DNA from: Rhizophagus irregularis | Taxonomy: Eukaryota | Assembly (NCBI RefSeq): GCF_026210795.1 | Contig: NC_089430.1 | Span: 4,898,001 to 4,962,000, forward strand | Reading direction: 5' to 3' | Length of the DNA stretch: 64,000 bases | Shown here: one piece after another, positions 25,824 to 39,900 of the stretch | Numbering within the stretch: position 1 is the first letter of the stretch | Layout: each line of letters opens with the position of its first letter | The notes under the pieces: model-generated | What the model was told of the DNA's origin: nothing | Databases searched by the model: none | What the model saw: the letters and a program-made list of their open reading frames with translations, nothing else | Program-made: the position numbers and the translations under genes

Positions 25824-26650
25824 GAGTCCTTACAAATTAATATTTCTCAATAAGAATTTTTAGGTATTGTTTATAGCTTGTATTTTAAAGAAAAATACTA
25901 GAATAATGTTGAGACTATAAATATTAATTAAGTTTTATTCATTTAAATAGAGTCATTACAGAATCCTAATTCTCAGTTGAAAATTGATATTTTTTCAAAA
26001 CCTAAAAATACTTATTATAAATAAGATAATAATACAATTAGAATGGAATTCTCAGGTATTAGTTTACAGAATTATTTGCAAAGAGTACTCATGATCTTTA
26101 TTTATTAAATAGCGTCTTCATCTTTACAAATTGATATTTCTCGACGCTTTATTAAGTAATTACTAAATAATTGGCACGGAATATCCAGGTACAGTATTTC
26201 TTAACAAAGCAATATTTAAAATAATTGTATTATAAAATAATTAATAAACCTTTCTTTGTTATTAGCAACTTTATCTTTACATGATGCTGATATTTCTCAA
26301 TTGAATACTGACAGAAATGGGAGTAATTACTACAGTATATCTGATATTAATTTGCCCTTTTATTCATTATTAATATTTTGCTGTATCAAGAATCAATTAA
26401 GTAATTTTTTATTTATTAACATTCTGAACGTATTCGGTTATAGAAATTTAATTATAGTTGTTAATATTTGAGATATTTTCCCGCCATCATGATTTATGAT
26501 TCTGTTTAATTACTTGAAGGGATTCTAAATAGTAGGGCGATTTTTTTTCTTGTTTTCTATAAATATTTGAATTACAATTTTTTTTAAAAAAAAAATGAAA
26601 CTAGTGGAAGGGGGGACGAAAATTATAAACCAATTAAATTTAATATATGG
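25824..26650 (+). pseudogene. Orphan kinase 3' tail exons and 3' flank (paralog remnant)
   Basis: Collinear with 21357-22420 (gagtccttacaaattaatatttctcaat; cgtcttcatctttacaaattgatatttctc; aaaccaattaaatttaatat), but no kinase domain upstream. Confidence 0.85.
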
Positions 26651-28452
26651 AATAGCAATCCCGGAATTAAGCAATGCCGGCTAGAATTATATTAATATGA
26701 CAGAATTATCGTAACTTTGGCTTATAAAAGTATTGTATGAAATAATAAATAATTACCTCATTTGAACTGGTTTCATATACGAAAACATGAATTAAATATT
26801 ATCGTTATTTTATTTTATTCGATACTGACGTTATAATATTAACATATTGTGCAAATGTAGCTTATATGGTGCAGAATTTAACCAATTTTGTAAATTTATA
26901 AATCGTCATTCGAATTTATAAAATGGGTTGTGAAATATCAAATCACGCTAACATAATAATTATATATTATCGGTTTTCAGTCCGATTTTATCGTTACTAT
27001 CCAATAATTTTATTACATAGTAATATGAGATATTAAACCGACCTAAATAACAATTATGTAAAAATTTGTACCAACTTATGAGGATAACTGATAATATAAC
27101 AGATAACGGCGGCGATAACCGCAAATTAATTTAAAGCGATCGAGATAATTTTTTTTTTTATATTGAAAGAAATCATCTATTAATTGAACTGGGTTTAAAG
27201 TTGAATAGAGAAGAAAATTTTAGAAATCACGACCACACTTTATCTCATTATTCTATTATGTACAATTACTCATCATATCGAAATCCTGTTCTAGTATTCA
27301 TTAATTTTTTACAATTTTTTCAAGCGAATCTAGACCTTCAAAATCCAAAATTATTATTAACTATACTTATACTGATTTGATTTTAATATTTTTGAATCTC
27401 TTTATCTTTAGAAAAACAAAACTTTAAAAAATGAAAATCAAGGGAGTATTCAAAAAAACGGGGGAGAGTTAGAAACCACTAAAAAGAAACTGGATAAAAA
27501 CCACGGATTAAAACAAAAGTTTTACGAAAAATGAATGGAAAGAAAAATATTTTTTCTTAAAAAAAAAAAAAAGGAGAGAGAAAACAAAAATTCTACGAAA
27601 AATAAACGAGGAAACAAGGAAAATAAAGTTTTTAAAAAAACTAAAGACTTTTTTAAAAAAACTTTTTATTTATTTTTCTTTTTACTTATACTGCCTGATT
27701 TTACATTTTTCACTTCTACAAATAGATAATTCGATTGAATTATTTATTCCGAATTTTACACGTGCGTAACTAATTTATTCAGTCAAGAATGTAATATGTC
27801 GATATTAAATTCAGTATTTATCGTTCTACATTAGTTTAACTATACAAGAAATTAAATAGTCGGAATAAAAATGATGAGATAAAATGAGTCTCAACTTTAG
27901 AAGCTTAGTTTGTTACGGTAAACATAATAATTTCGTAAATTTTTATGTCAAAACTAAAACAATGTAAAATAATTACATATAATCGTTTCATTTGTTATTC
28001 ATGAATAATAATAAATTTTCAGGCTTTTTTTTTATAACAAGAAATCCTTCATTCTCGAAAATTCCAAAATATTTGTCTCAGTTTATGAAAAATGCCATCT
28101 TAATATCCAGCTTTATCTTAAAGTGACTAAGAAACAAGGTAAAGTGTGGTTATAATGTCACTACTTGAATAATATTTTAATAATTTTAATTGTCTTTTGT
28201 AGCAGCTCGATTAACGATGTTCAAATCCCACAAAAGAGATAACCATTCTAAGCAACGACAGTGCGCTTATTACATGCAAGACAAGGTAAAAAGTTAGTCC
28301 TTCTTTCATTTTTGAATTCTACAAATATACTAGCCTTCGTGCAAATGTTAGTATAAACGAAATAAGAAAATGAAAATTCTAAAACAAAAGAATTATAAAT
28401 AAGAATAAAAGAGTTACCTTGCGGCGGACGCAGTATACAATTCCAGATTTTC

Positions 28453-28667
28453 CCAGCGTAACCTGAAAAACATGTCACGAAATCACGTGAGATTTTTCAT
28501 TACCGGCGTCACGCCCTTCCTTGTTTCCATTTTACATAAGTATCTGGGGGACAGAGAAATTTTTTTAGTAACAAATCCTACTCGTCACGCACTATCCGTC
28601 GCATGTGCGCTTCAGTCAAGTTGCGTAGTGCCGGTCATTTCGTGACATTTTTTTCAGGTTACGCTGG
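28453..28667. repeat. 31-bp inverted repeat pair, probable MITE core
   Basis: ccagcgtaacctgaaaaacatgtcacgaaat (28453-28483) pairs with atttcgtgacatttttttcaggttacgctgg (28637-28667). Confidence 0.75.
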
Positions 28668-29974
28668 AGTAGCCACAATTCCACTGCACCACACCCCTAC
28701 ATCATTCTTATTTCTATTTACTAGGGCTGCTACGGATGTCGTGCTTTGCAATGGCAGCGAATTTTTGATCTGAAATTTCTAACCAGTTATAGTAAAATAA
28801 ATATGTGTGATCACGTGATCAGATGAAAATTGAAGAAAATTTTGGCTGTCTTAATTTCTGTTAGGTGCGGATAGTGTTGAAATATTTTACTAATAAAAAA
28901 ATAAACTAATTATATCAAAAAAACTGATTTATCCTCTTCTCTTTTCTTCTCTTTCTCTCCTATTCTTTTCTTTTGAATTTTGGATTTGCATTTAAAATTG
29001 TAGTCGATGAGAATGACTTTCGAATTTTGATTTTTGATATTTTAAATAATATCCAGGAAAATTTGAAAATCCTTATTGAAACAGTCGCACTTAATGTCGG
29101 TCTTACTTTCCTATAAGGTAAAAATAAATAAGATTATAACTATGTACTATAGTCTATAGGGCGATAAAATTGGTAAAAATAGTTTACAGATTATCTCAGA
29201 GGTCGGATCGGTAATTCGTGATTCTAAAATTTTTTTTTATATTTTTTTTTATATTTTTTTTTATATTTATATATATATTGACTAATAAAATGATAATATT
29301 TAATATCATGTGATAGTTTGCAAAAAAAAAGTTTGATCCAGTGCATTTTATAAAAAGAAAGTTAATTGGTCATAAACGTCATAAGTCTAATAATTTACGA
29401 ATAATTGACAGTTCATACATTCTTTTTAGGTTATTTAAATAATAATATATTTATGAATGATTCCTCTAAAACGATTTATTACAAATTTATTATATTAAGA
29501 ATGCGCAGTACCAAAAATTTAAATTTTGAGCGGGTAGCCGGGTTGTGAAGCACAATATGTTAAATTTATTAATCAAGCATTTTTGTTTAAAATAAAAATT
29601 TGGGTAGCCAGGTCATACAAAATCAATTTTAGATCCCTTTGCCAGTTAATTTTAATTATTTTTTTAGCATGTAATATTTTTTTTTGTAAAAATTTAAAAT
29701 TTGATATAATGGATTTTTAGAATATCGAACTATTTCGCTGTATTGGACAACAGATAAGCCGAATACTTTTAGTGAACTGATTGAATTTCACTACCATTTA
29801 GAAGCATGAATTTTAAATTTCGGTCAAAATTAAATAAAAAAATAATTCAGAAACTAATTATTTCTAATCTTCTGCATACACGATAACTTTTAAGTCTTAA
29901 TATTCGCAAAGAATAAATTAATTAATTAGTGATCGGCAAAAGGTTGTACAGTAATAAAATTAGTCTCTTCTTTG

Positions 29975-30216
29975 CATTACACAAAACTTCATTACACAAA
30001 TTTGTTTACACAAATTTCTTTACACAAATTTCTTTCTTTGTAAAATTTCTTTACACAAATTTCATACACAAATTTCTTCACAGATTTCTTTGCATTACAC
30101 AAATTTCATTACACAAATTTCTTTACACGAATTTCTTTCTTTGTAAAAATTTCTTTACACAAATTTCTTTCTTTGTAAAAATTTCTTTACACGAATTTTT
30201 TCATACAAATTTCTTT
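29975..30216. repeat. Minisatellite with unit about ttacacaaatttct
   Basis: Many imperfect 14-18 bp copies just upstream of kinase 2. Confidence 0.9.
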
Positions 30217-30359
30217 AAATGTGAAGACAATGAAATGATTTTCATGTGCACGGACCGACCAGACCGTTTCGCCACAAATACTCCATTCTAAGTAAAATAA
30301 TTTTTTTCTTTTTACAATTGCAAACAATATATAGATATAAAAAGCGAAGCAAAGTATTA

Positions 30360-33300
30360 ATGGGTTCTTTAATCAAGTTTATTGAAAAGCTAGTTAGGCC
30401 ATGTGATTGTGATCGCATGGGTATTGAATGTAATGCAAAACGCTTTAAACAAAATTTTAACAAATGGACTAGTGGTAATAATCATATCGATAAATTTATT
30501 CGAGTTAATCAGTTATCGTTATCGCATCGTTATCTAAGTAGTGTGATGGAATGGATACCTTATGATAGACTTTATAATATTAAATATATTGTATCTGGAA
30601 AAGTGTATAGAGCAAATTGGATTGATGGATATATACGTTATTGGGACCATAAAAATCAAAATTGGGAAAGACTAGATCAAAATATGTTTGTAATTCTGAA
30701 AATTTTGAATAATCCAACGAATATTACATCAGTATATATAGATAAGGTACAGTATATAAAAAAATTATTATTTAACGAAACTTTGAAAGATTTAGTTCTT
30801 ACTAATATACTTTATATATATATATTATATTTTGCAGATTGCAATGAACAACGAAGTTTATGGAATAACTCAAATCCAAAAACAAAATGTTATATGGTGG
30901 TTTTGAATGATAGATGTAAAATATGCCATTATATATGTAATGCAAAACATTTTCAACAAAATTTTGAGAATTGGACTAGTGGTAATAATGTTATTGATAA
31001 ATTTATTCAAGATGCTCAGCTGTCAGATCATACAAGTGAAATACACAGATCCCTCAAGGAATTCTTTTTTGAGAGTGGGCCAACAGAAGCATTAGAATGG
31101 ATACCTTATAATAGATTTCACAAAATTAAGTATATGTCAAATGACTGGTTTGGTAAAGTGTATATAGCAATTTGGATTGACGGATATATACATCATTGGG
31201 ATCGTAAAAACTTAACCTGGAAAAGAATAGGTCAAAATATGCCTGTAATTCTAAAAAGTTTAAATATTAATCCAGCGAGAATTACATCAGAATTTTTAAA
31301 TAAGGTATAATAAATTTGTCATTAAATAAAATGGCTGGAATTTGTATTTTATTTTATACTGACGTATTAATTTAATTATATTGTAGTTTTTAGTAACAAA
31401 TAAAGTTTATGGAATAACTCAAGATCCCAAGACCAAAAATTATATTATGGTTTTGGATTATATATGTGAAACATGTAAAAGTGCATGTTACGCAATATAT
31501 TTTCAACAAAACTTGGAAAATTGGACTAGTGGCAGCAAAGATATTGATAGATTTATTCGAAATACTCAGCTATCAAACCATGATAATAAGTGCCAAGCAT
31601 TAGAATGGATACCTTATGATAGTTTTGATGATATTGAATATATTGCAAAAGGTGGATTTGGCCTAATATATAGAGCTAGATGGATTGATGGACATATAGA
31701 TAAATGGGATAACGATAATAAAAATTGGGGGAGAAAAGATCAAAATATGTTTGTAGCTCTTAAAATTTTAAATAAATCAAAAAATGTTAAATTGGAATTT
31801 ATGAATGAGGTGATTGTCTTATTTGTCTAGTAATTACTTAATTAATATTTAAATTTAAATACTAATACCTATTCTTCTTTTTTAAATATATATAGATTAC
31901 ATCTCATTATAAACTAAATTCGCATAAATGTATTATTAAACTTTATGGAATAAGTCAAGATCCTGAAACAGAAAATTACATTATGGTTTTGGATTATGCA
32001 GAAAATGGTGATTTCCGAAGTTATTTAGATGCAAATTATAATAAACTAAGTTGGAATAATAAGATAAATTACCTACATAGCATTGCACATGGACTTAAAG
32101 ATATCCATGAAAGTGAATTAATTCATCGAGATTTACATATTGGTAATATATTAAGGCTTAGAAAGATTACTTGCATAACTGATATGGGACTATGTAAACC
32201 TGCAGATTACGATGCTTCAGAGAATCCAAAAGTCAGTGCATATGGTGTTTTACCTTATATTGCTCCTGAGATTTTACGAGGCCAAATTTATACCAAAGCT
32301 GCAGATATTTATAGTTTTGGTATAATTATGTATGAAGTTATTTCTGGATTACCTCCATATTATGACACATACCATAACGAAATCTTAGCAATAAAAATTT
32401 GTAAAGGGCTTAGACCAAGGTTTAATATTAAAGTACCCCAATTGATTGTGCATTTAATTAAAAGATGTTTGGACGCAAATCCATTAAATCGGCCAAAAGC
32501 AGAAGAAATTAAAAAGACCTTGAGTCAGTGGTTTAGGGAATCATTTGATCTTGAATCTACAAAATATGCAGAGATAAAAAATCAAATTAAAGAAGCTGAA
32601 ATATTTAATATATCCTCAGATAGTAATACATTTTCAACTAGTTTAGGATTATCATATGAAACACATTCAGAAGCTATTTATACAAGTAGACCACTTAATT
32701 TTGATAATCTTCCTGAACCAAAAAATTCTGATGATTATTATAAGAACAATGACAATATAATAAGCAAAGAATTTTCAGGTATTTATTAATAGAAAAACAT
32801 TCATATTAATATATAAGAAATACTAATAAGATTTTAATCATTAAATAGAATCCTTGCAAATTAATATTTCTCAATTGGAAAATAACAATAACCTTTTTAA
32901 ACCAAAAATTTCTAATAACATTAGCAAGAAGTCTTTAGGTATACTTATAAAAAAAAATAATGATTTTAAAACAATACTAATAAATCTAAATTCATTAAAT
33001 AGAGTCCTTGCAAGTTGGTACTTCTCAATTATTTATTGGTAATGGTAATATTTCCGAACTAGAAAATTCTGTTGAGCATTATGAACAAGATGACAATATA
33101 GCCGGCAAGGAATCTTTGGGTATTGTTTAATAGCTTGTTATTTCTAAAAACATTGAGACTTATTATAAAGTACTGATTAGAAATATTCTATAATAGAATC
33201 CTTACAAATCAATGCCACTCAATTGAAGATTGATGATAATAAACTTTCAAAATCAATAAATATTGTTGATTATGAAAAAAATAATAACATACTTATCATG

Positions 33301-33430
33301 GAATCTTCAGGTATTTGTTAATAAAAGAAATACTCAAATTAATTATAAAAAGCACTAATAGGAATTTATTTATTAAACAGTGACTTCTTTAAAAATCGAC
33401 ATTCCTCAATCGAATACTAATATGAGTTTC
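30360..33430 (+). CDS. Tyrosine-kinase-like protein kinase 2 with three modules (possible frameshift in exon 2)
   Basis: Exons 30360-30746, 30838-31304, 31387-31809 and 31896-32778, then tail exons. Motifs KGGFGLIY, VALK, HRDLHIGN, DMG, APE. One base is missing near 30873. The 3' end is uncertain. Confidence 0.82.
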
Positions 33431-35131
33431 AGAATTTTGTGTATTACATTTGCTATTGCTTATTTGTCAAGCCTTACTTACGTTGCTTATATGCAATACA
33501 TGGATGCTTTTATAAAGTAGTTCTCTATTATAATTTATAATTTCATTTGACGTTTAGTATTTTTGATGAGTAAAAAATCTAAAAGTGAAATGTGGGGGAT
33601 TTGATTTTATATTTACACATTATGATTAACAGTAGGCCGACTTTTTTATTTTTATTTTATATTTATATAAATTACAATTTTTTTATGATCAATCATATAG
33701 GATCAGTGGATATTCATCAGAAGGGGCGACGAGAATTACGATAAATAGAGTCTTAAATTGCAATGACTTTATATTTTAAACTAGTAAACCGGAAACCGTT
33801 GTAAGTCCGGAGCGAAAAAGATAAAACTTTAACTTGCGATTTCATTGGATGACGTCACGTGGTGGGACAGAGAAATTCGCGTGATCGTCCAACTTTATAT
33901 TGTAATGCCGTAGTATACATAGTAAATTTATTAATTGTGGGGCGCAGTATTATATTTAATCTTAGTGTATAAAATTTTAATTTATTTTTAGTTGTATTAA
34001 TAATTAGACCGAAAAGTCGTTAAACTATTAGTCATGAGAATCGAGGATAATTGGTCCGGGATGACATTAAACTAACAGGTGATTTAAGGATAAACGATGA
34101 TCCGAGCAGATCATTAAAAGAAAAGTATTACAAAGCATAATTAAGGAGTTAATGATGATCGGATGGATACAGAAACAGAATAATGGAATTATTTTGACAC
34201 AATGGAAATACTTTTAAGGTAATGGAATTAAAATTAGGAATCATAATCCAGGAGGTAAATTATAAATCTGAATTCCTTTAAATAGTCGTGATATTTGGGT
34301 TTCCAAAAAGGAGGAGAACCCCAGATTTAAAAAGAATAAAAATGGTTAAGTATTATAAATTCACCTTAATAATAATATCAACATGAATCTTTTAGCATTT
34401 TTCTTATAATGAAAAATTGCCATTTTAAGAAAATTAATAAAATTAAAGGTTACTAATATGGGAAAATTATTGCATTTTGAAATTTTGACATAACTAATTA
34501 ATTTATTATTTGACAGTATTAAACCAAGCATATTATTGTACTTATTTATATTGTTAATAAAGAGTTATTTTGTTAATATCTAAGGTGGCAACGTGATTTA
34601 TCACGGGCTTAGGTATTACAATATACATAAATAGTCTTTCGCTTCGCCGCGGACATTATTATAGATTTATTTTCTATAATTACTTGATTTTAATATTTTA
34701 TTTTTTTTATCTTTATTGTTTATTAAAAGTATATCTGTTAGCGTTATAAAGCCGTGTGAATCGCTGATCAGAATTTTGTTGATTGTGGCCAGAATTACGG
34801 TAACCGGTCAGCATTAAATTCAGTGTTCGATTCGCCTAATCATTTAATTTCATTTGACATTTATTCATATGAACTTAGTTGAAATCAAAAAAAAAAATCT
34901 CAAATGATGTAGGTCAATTTCGATATAAAAACAGTAATAATTCTTCCGTGAAAAGTTCTCGAATAGGTCGCAAATATGAAAATCATGGATTTTTTTTTTA
35001 TAATCGTTATTGGTTTACATATTAACGGTCATTAGGTATACTACATCAATACTGACATTAAAATTTAAAATATTATACATATAAAAATATAGTGCTCACG
35101 TATTCCTCCTAATCAAGCCTGTAGATCATTA

Positions 35132-35133
<2 letters not shown>

Positions 35134-35163
<30 letters not shown>

Positions 35164-35552
35164 GTAACGCATCTTTATTAGGATTTAAATAATAAATAAC
35201 ACTATCCTAAATACAAAGATACTTAGAGCTAACCGTGCAAATCATCACGTGTTAACCCTATAACAGAGTATTCTGAACAAAATGACACGTTACAAATAAA
35301 ATAGAAATAAATACTAATACCTGAAAGAAATCTATCTAAATAACGAAACCTAACTAAAACCTAATTTGTGTAGGAGAAAAGGGTGAAATTTGTAATATTA
35401 CTAGGTCTACCTAATGTAGCTGTGAAAAGATGAGTCCCAATGGTCTCACACCCAGACAAGTTTATCCCAACATTTCCTCCTAAATCCTACAAAAAAAAAA
35501 AGATTAGTAAACTACTCTAAAATAAAAGAAATTGGACTACAATTTGTGGTTT
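35134..35552 (-). mobile_element. Short poly(A)-tailed retroposon insertion (truncated LINE 3' end or SINE)
   Basis: Poly(T) to 35158 and a perfect 19-bp TSD aagcctgtagatcattatt at 35115-35133 and 35553-35571. Confidence 0.9.
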
Positions 35553-36926
35553 AAGCCTGTAGATCATTATTAATTTTCACACTGCAAAAAATAGAAAAAT
35601 GTTTGTGGAACGTGCTTACGTGCTCAATTCAGATCACGTTAAACGTAACACCTGCTTAATGTTTAAAACGTGTTTAAAACATGTTTTAAAACGCCAAAAT
35701 TGTTTTAAACCATCGATAATTGCTAACCTATATTATTTTGTCGATCATACAGTTAATTATGCATAATATGCAGGTGATATTACATGTTTCTAAAAAAAAA
35801 CATTATTGTCAGTTTAGGTGGTGAAAAATATAAAAATATGGAATTTTTTTAAAAAAAACTTATAAATAGATTAAATGATTATGAAATATACATATATTTT
35901 GTTTTTCGAATATTTCAGGCATCATTATTATTTCCATTACATAATAATAAATAAGAAAATGATGCTTTCGACATTGTCGATCTAAATTATGAAAAAATAT
36001 TTTTGTGATTGGGTGTTTAAATGATCGATCTAATTAATTTCGTACATACCAAGAAATGTTGTGTATCATCACTACAGATCTTTGTTACACTTTGGACTAA
36101 TAATTCCGGACATCATGTTACATTAATCACAGGGTGATAACAGATAATAAAATGATAGTTAACAATCAAATGGAATGGTACATGTGTTAATGAGTAGTAA
36201 TTCAGATATGACGATCAGTTTTTATTCAAATGTACGTTAAGAATATTATTGGCTCTGAATAAATGTCCAAGCAAATTTTTCTCGAAAGTAAAATGGCTAA
36301 ATAACTTTTTATTGAAAATAAAAGTTAGTTCTATGAAAGATTCGAAAATCTATCCAAAAAACTGGGTAGAATTAACGGAGACTTAAAAGAACTCGCAAAA
36401 AACCTTTTCCAAACTTAAACATGCGTACAACTAATAGTAAAATTTTCTAAAATCACCTGACCTCTGCATACCTATTTGAGGGATATATATAACGAAAATT
36501 CAGTGGACGACCTGACTATGCGTCAACTTGTGCATCGGTTGACTATGGCCAAGGTCATGCTTACATAATCGATGATCATCTATCGCCTAATCAAAGAAAC
36601 ATAACATTCTAACTAAAATAATCTAATAAATGTCCTAACAATATAATCTACTGTGTTGTTTCATTTGTTAGATTTTATAGTGTTACAATATAAAACAAAA
36701 GTTTAATTGTTTTTATTATTTTTATTATATTAATTTGTTAACTAAATCTATACATTTCACCGGTGATTAATAATTACTTCGGACGGAAATGATCAACAAT
36801 TACAAGCGTATGTGGTATGTCACATGTATACATAAGTATTGTCTGAAAATAGTTTTTTTTTTATTACTAAAAAAATTTTTTAACCGTAACCTAATAGGTA
36901 AAAGGTGAAGCAAAGTAGTAATCTCA

Positions 36927-39900
36927 ATGAGCTCTTTTATCAAGTGTACTAAGAAAACAACTAAGTCATGCGATTGTGATTATAAATGTAATGCAACACG
37001 TTTTAAACAAAATTTTAAAAATTGGACTAGTGGTAATAAAGATATTGATAAATTCATTCAAGGTACTCAGCTGTCAGAACATTCAATCTGTGGAATAGAA
37101 AATGCATTGGAATGGATACCTTATGATAGATTTTATAGCATTCAATATATTTCAGAAGGCCGATTTGGCAAAGTATATAGAGCAAATTGGACTGATGGAC
37201 ATATGAATTTTTGGAGCGACGGAAATCAAAATTGGAAAAGAGAAGATCAAAATATGTTTGTGATTCTGAAAAGTATAGATAATATAAACATTGTAAAATT
37301 TATTAACAAGGTAAAATTGATTTATCACCTAATGTAATTTTAACTTTTACTAACACATATTTTTAGATTATTATATACTATAATGATAAAGATCAGAATG
37401 GAAGAAGTCTTAAATTCTTAGAAAATTTTTTCTTCCATAATCATCTACAATTTAATAATGCAAATAATGTCGCATCAAAAATTAAAAATGAGGTATATTA
37501 AATTATTAATTAAAATTGGGCAATTTTATCTTACTAATATATAATCAATATTTGTAGATTGCAATACATGATAAAATTTATGGAATAACTCAAGATCCAA
37601 AAACCATGAATTATATGATGGTTTTGAACACTATATGTAAAAAATGTAAATCTGTATGTAATGCAATATATCAACAAAATCCGAATTGGACTAGTGGCGA
37701 TGATATTATTGATAAATACATTCAAGATACTCAGTTATCAAAACATAATAGTTATTTTGAATGGATACCTTATGATAGATTTTATGGCGTTAAATATACT
37801 GCAAAGGGCGAGTTAGACAAAGCGTATATAGCAAATTGGATTGATGGATATATAGATAAATGGGATAATTCTACTAAAAATTGGAAAAGAAAAGGACAAA
37901 ACATGTTTGTGATTCTGAAAACTAGAGATAGTCTAAATATTGAGGTATAATAGATTGTTTTTTTTCAAAAAAAAAAAATAAGCATTTCTTTATAAAATAT
38001 ACTATCCCAAATAATCACTACACAAGAAATACTCAGACCGTTGTACATACGGATAGGAACTGACTCGCTCGGTTCGTTCCAGTTCTAATTGAACGGACTG
38101 ACTTGAGCCAGTTCAAATTGGATGAACGATTTAGTCAGTTTGGTACCAAAATTTGTTAGAACCGATTTAGAACTGAAAGTACTGATCAAACTGCTCAACC
38201 GCGAACTTTTTCCATCCCTAGTTATACAATAGATAAATACGAAATATTATAAATTTGTTGTTTAATGAAATTTTAATTTTTATTCACATATTTTAGATTT
38301 CGACATACTATCGAAATCGAAATACTTCCACTATATGCATATCTACGAAAAGTTCTTTTGATAATGCTGCATCAAAAATTAATAATGAGGTATATTAAAA
38401 TTATTATTTAATGAAATTTGTGGAAATTTAATCATATTAATATATTCGATTTATAGGTTGAAATGCATCATCAAATTTATGGAATGACTCAAGATCCAGA
38501 AACTAAGAATTATATGGTTGTTTTGAATGCAAGATATAACTGTATGTGTAATAAACAAAATTTTGAAAGTTGTAATGCGAAACATTTTCAAAAAAAATTT
38601 AAAAATTGGACTAGTGGTAATGATGATATTGATAAATTCATTCAAGATACTCAGTTTTTGGCTCATTATAATATAAGCAAAGCATTAGAATGGATACCTT
38701 ATAATAAATTTCGTAATATTAAATATATTGCAAAAAATGGTTTGGGTGAGGTATATAGAGCAAATTGGATTGATGGATATATAAGTAAATGGGATATTAA
38801 ATATCAAAATTGGAAAAGAGAAGACAAAAATATGTTTGTAGTTCTGAAAAGTTTAAATGATCCAAAAAATATTTCATTAAAATCTATTGAAGAGGTCAGT
38901 ATTAATAAATTATCCAATGAAATTTTTAGATATTATAACTTTAACTAGTATATTATATTTACTGTATTATTGTAATTGTAGATTGCAGCACCATATAAGG
39001 TTTATGGAATAACTCAAGATCCAAAAACAAAGAATTATATGATGGCTTTAAGTTGTAGTAAATGTGAAAAATGTGAAAGTGCATGCAATGCAATATACTT
39101 TCAACAAAATTTTGAAAGTTGGACTAGTGGTAATGATGATATTGATAAGTTCATTCAAAAAACCCAGCTTTCAGCTCATTATGATGTAAGCAAATCATTA
39201 GAATGGATATCTTATAGTAGATTTTGTAATGTTAAATATATTGCAAAAAATGATTTTGGCGAGGCGTATAGAGCAAATTGGATTGATGGATATATACATA
39301 AATGGAATAATGAATATCAAAATTGGAATAGAAAAGATCAAAATATGCTTGTAGCTCTGAAAAGTTTAATTGATCTAGAAAAATATATTGAAAAGGTACG
39401 ATTATTATTTCATAAAATTATTAGATATTCTAATTTTTATTAATATATTGTATTTATTGTATTATAATTGTACAGTATAAAGTTTATGGAATAACTCAAG
39501 ATCCAAAAACAAAGAATTATATGATGGTTTTGAACAAAATATGTGATGAATGTAAATGTGTGTGTAATGCAATGCATTTTAAACAATATTTTAAAAGTTG
39601 GACTAGTGGTAATGATTATATTGATAAATTTATTCAAAATACTCAGCTATCAGCACATACAGCCTATGGAGCACGAAATGCATTAGAATGGATTCCTTAT
39701 GATAGATTTCATGGCATTAAATACATTGCAAAAGGTGGATTTGGTAAAGTGTATGGAGCAAATTTGGTTGATGGATATATAGGTGAATGGAATGAAAATC
39801 GGAAAAGAAGTGAACATAAATTTGTGGCTCTGAAAATCTTAAATAATTCACAAAATATTTCACTTGATTTTGTGAATGAGGTATGAATTTATTAAACTAA

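Noticed and set aside
29929..30291. 120-aa repetitive ORF
   Set aside because: It is a translation of the minisatellite.
30360..30380. N-myristoylation signal (MGS...) in kinases 2 and 4
   Set aside because: No Ser/Thr at position 6, and kinases 1 and 3 lack Gly2.
34585..34665. Possible Helitron 3' hairpin (cgtgatttatcacg)
   Set aside because: The stem is short, there is no clear CTRR end and no supporting 5' end or Rep/helicase sequence.
38016..38030. CACTA-like terminus cactacacaagaaa
   Set aside because: No matching inverted end or 3-bp TSD found.
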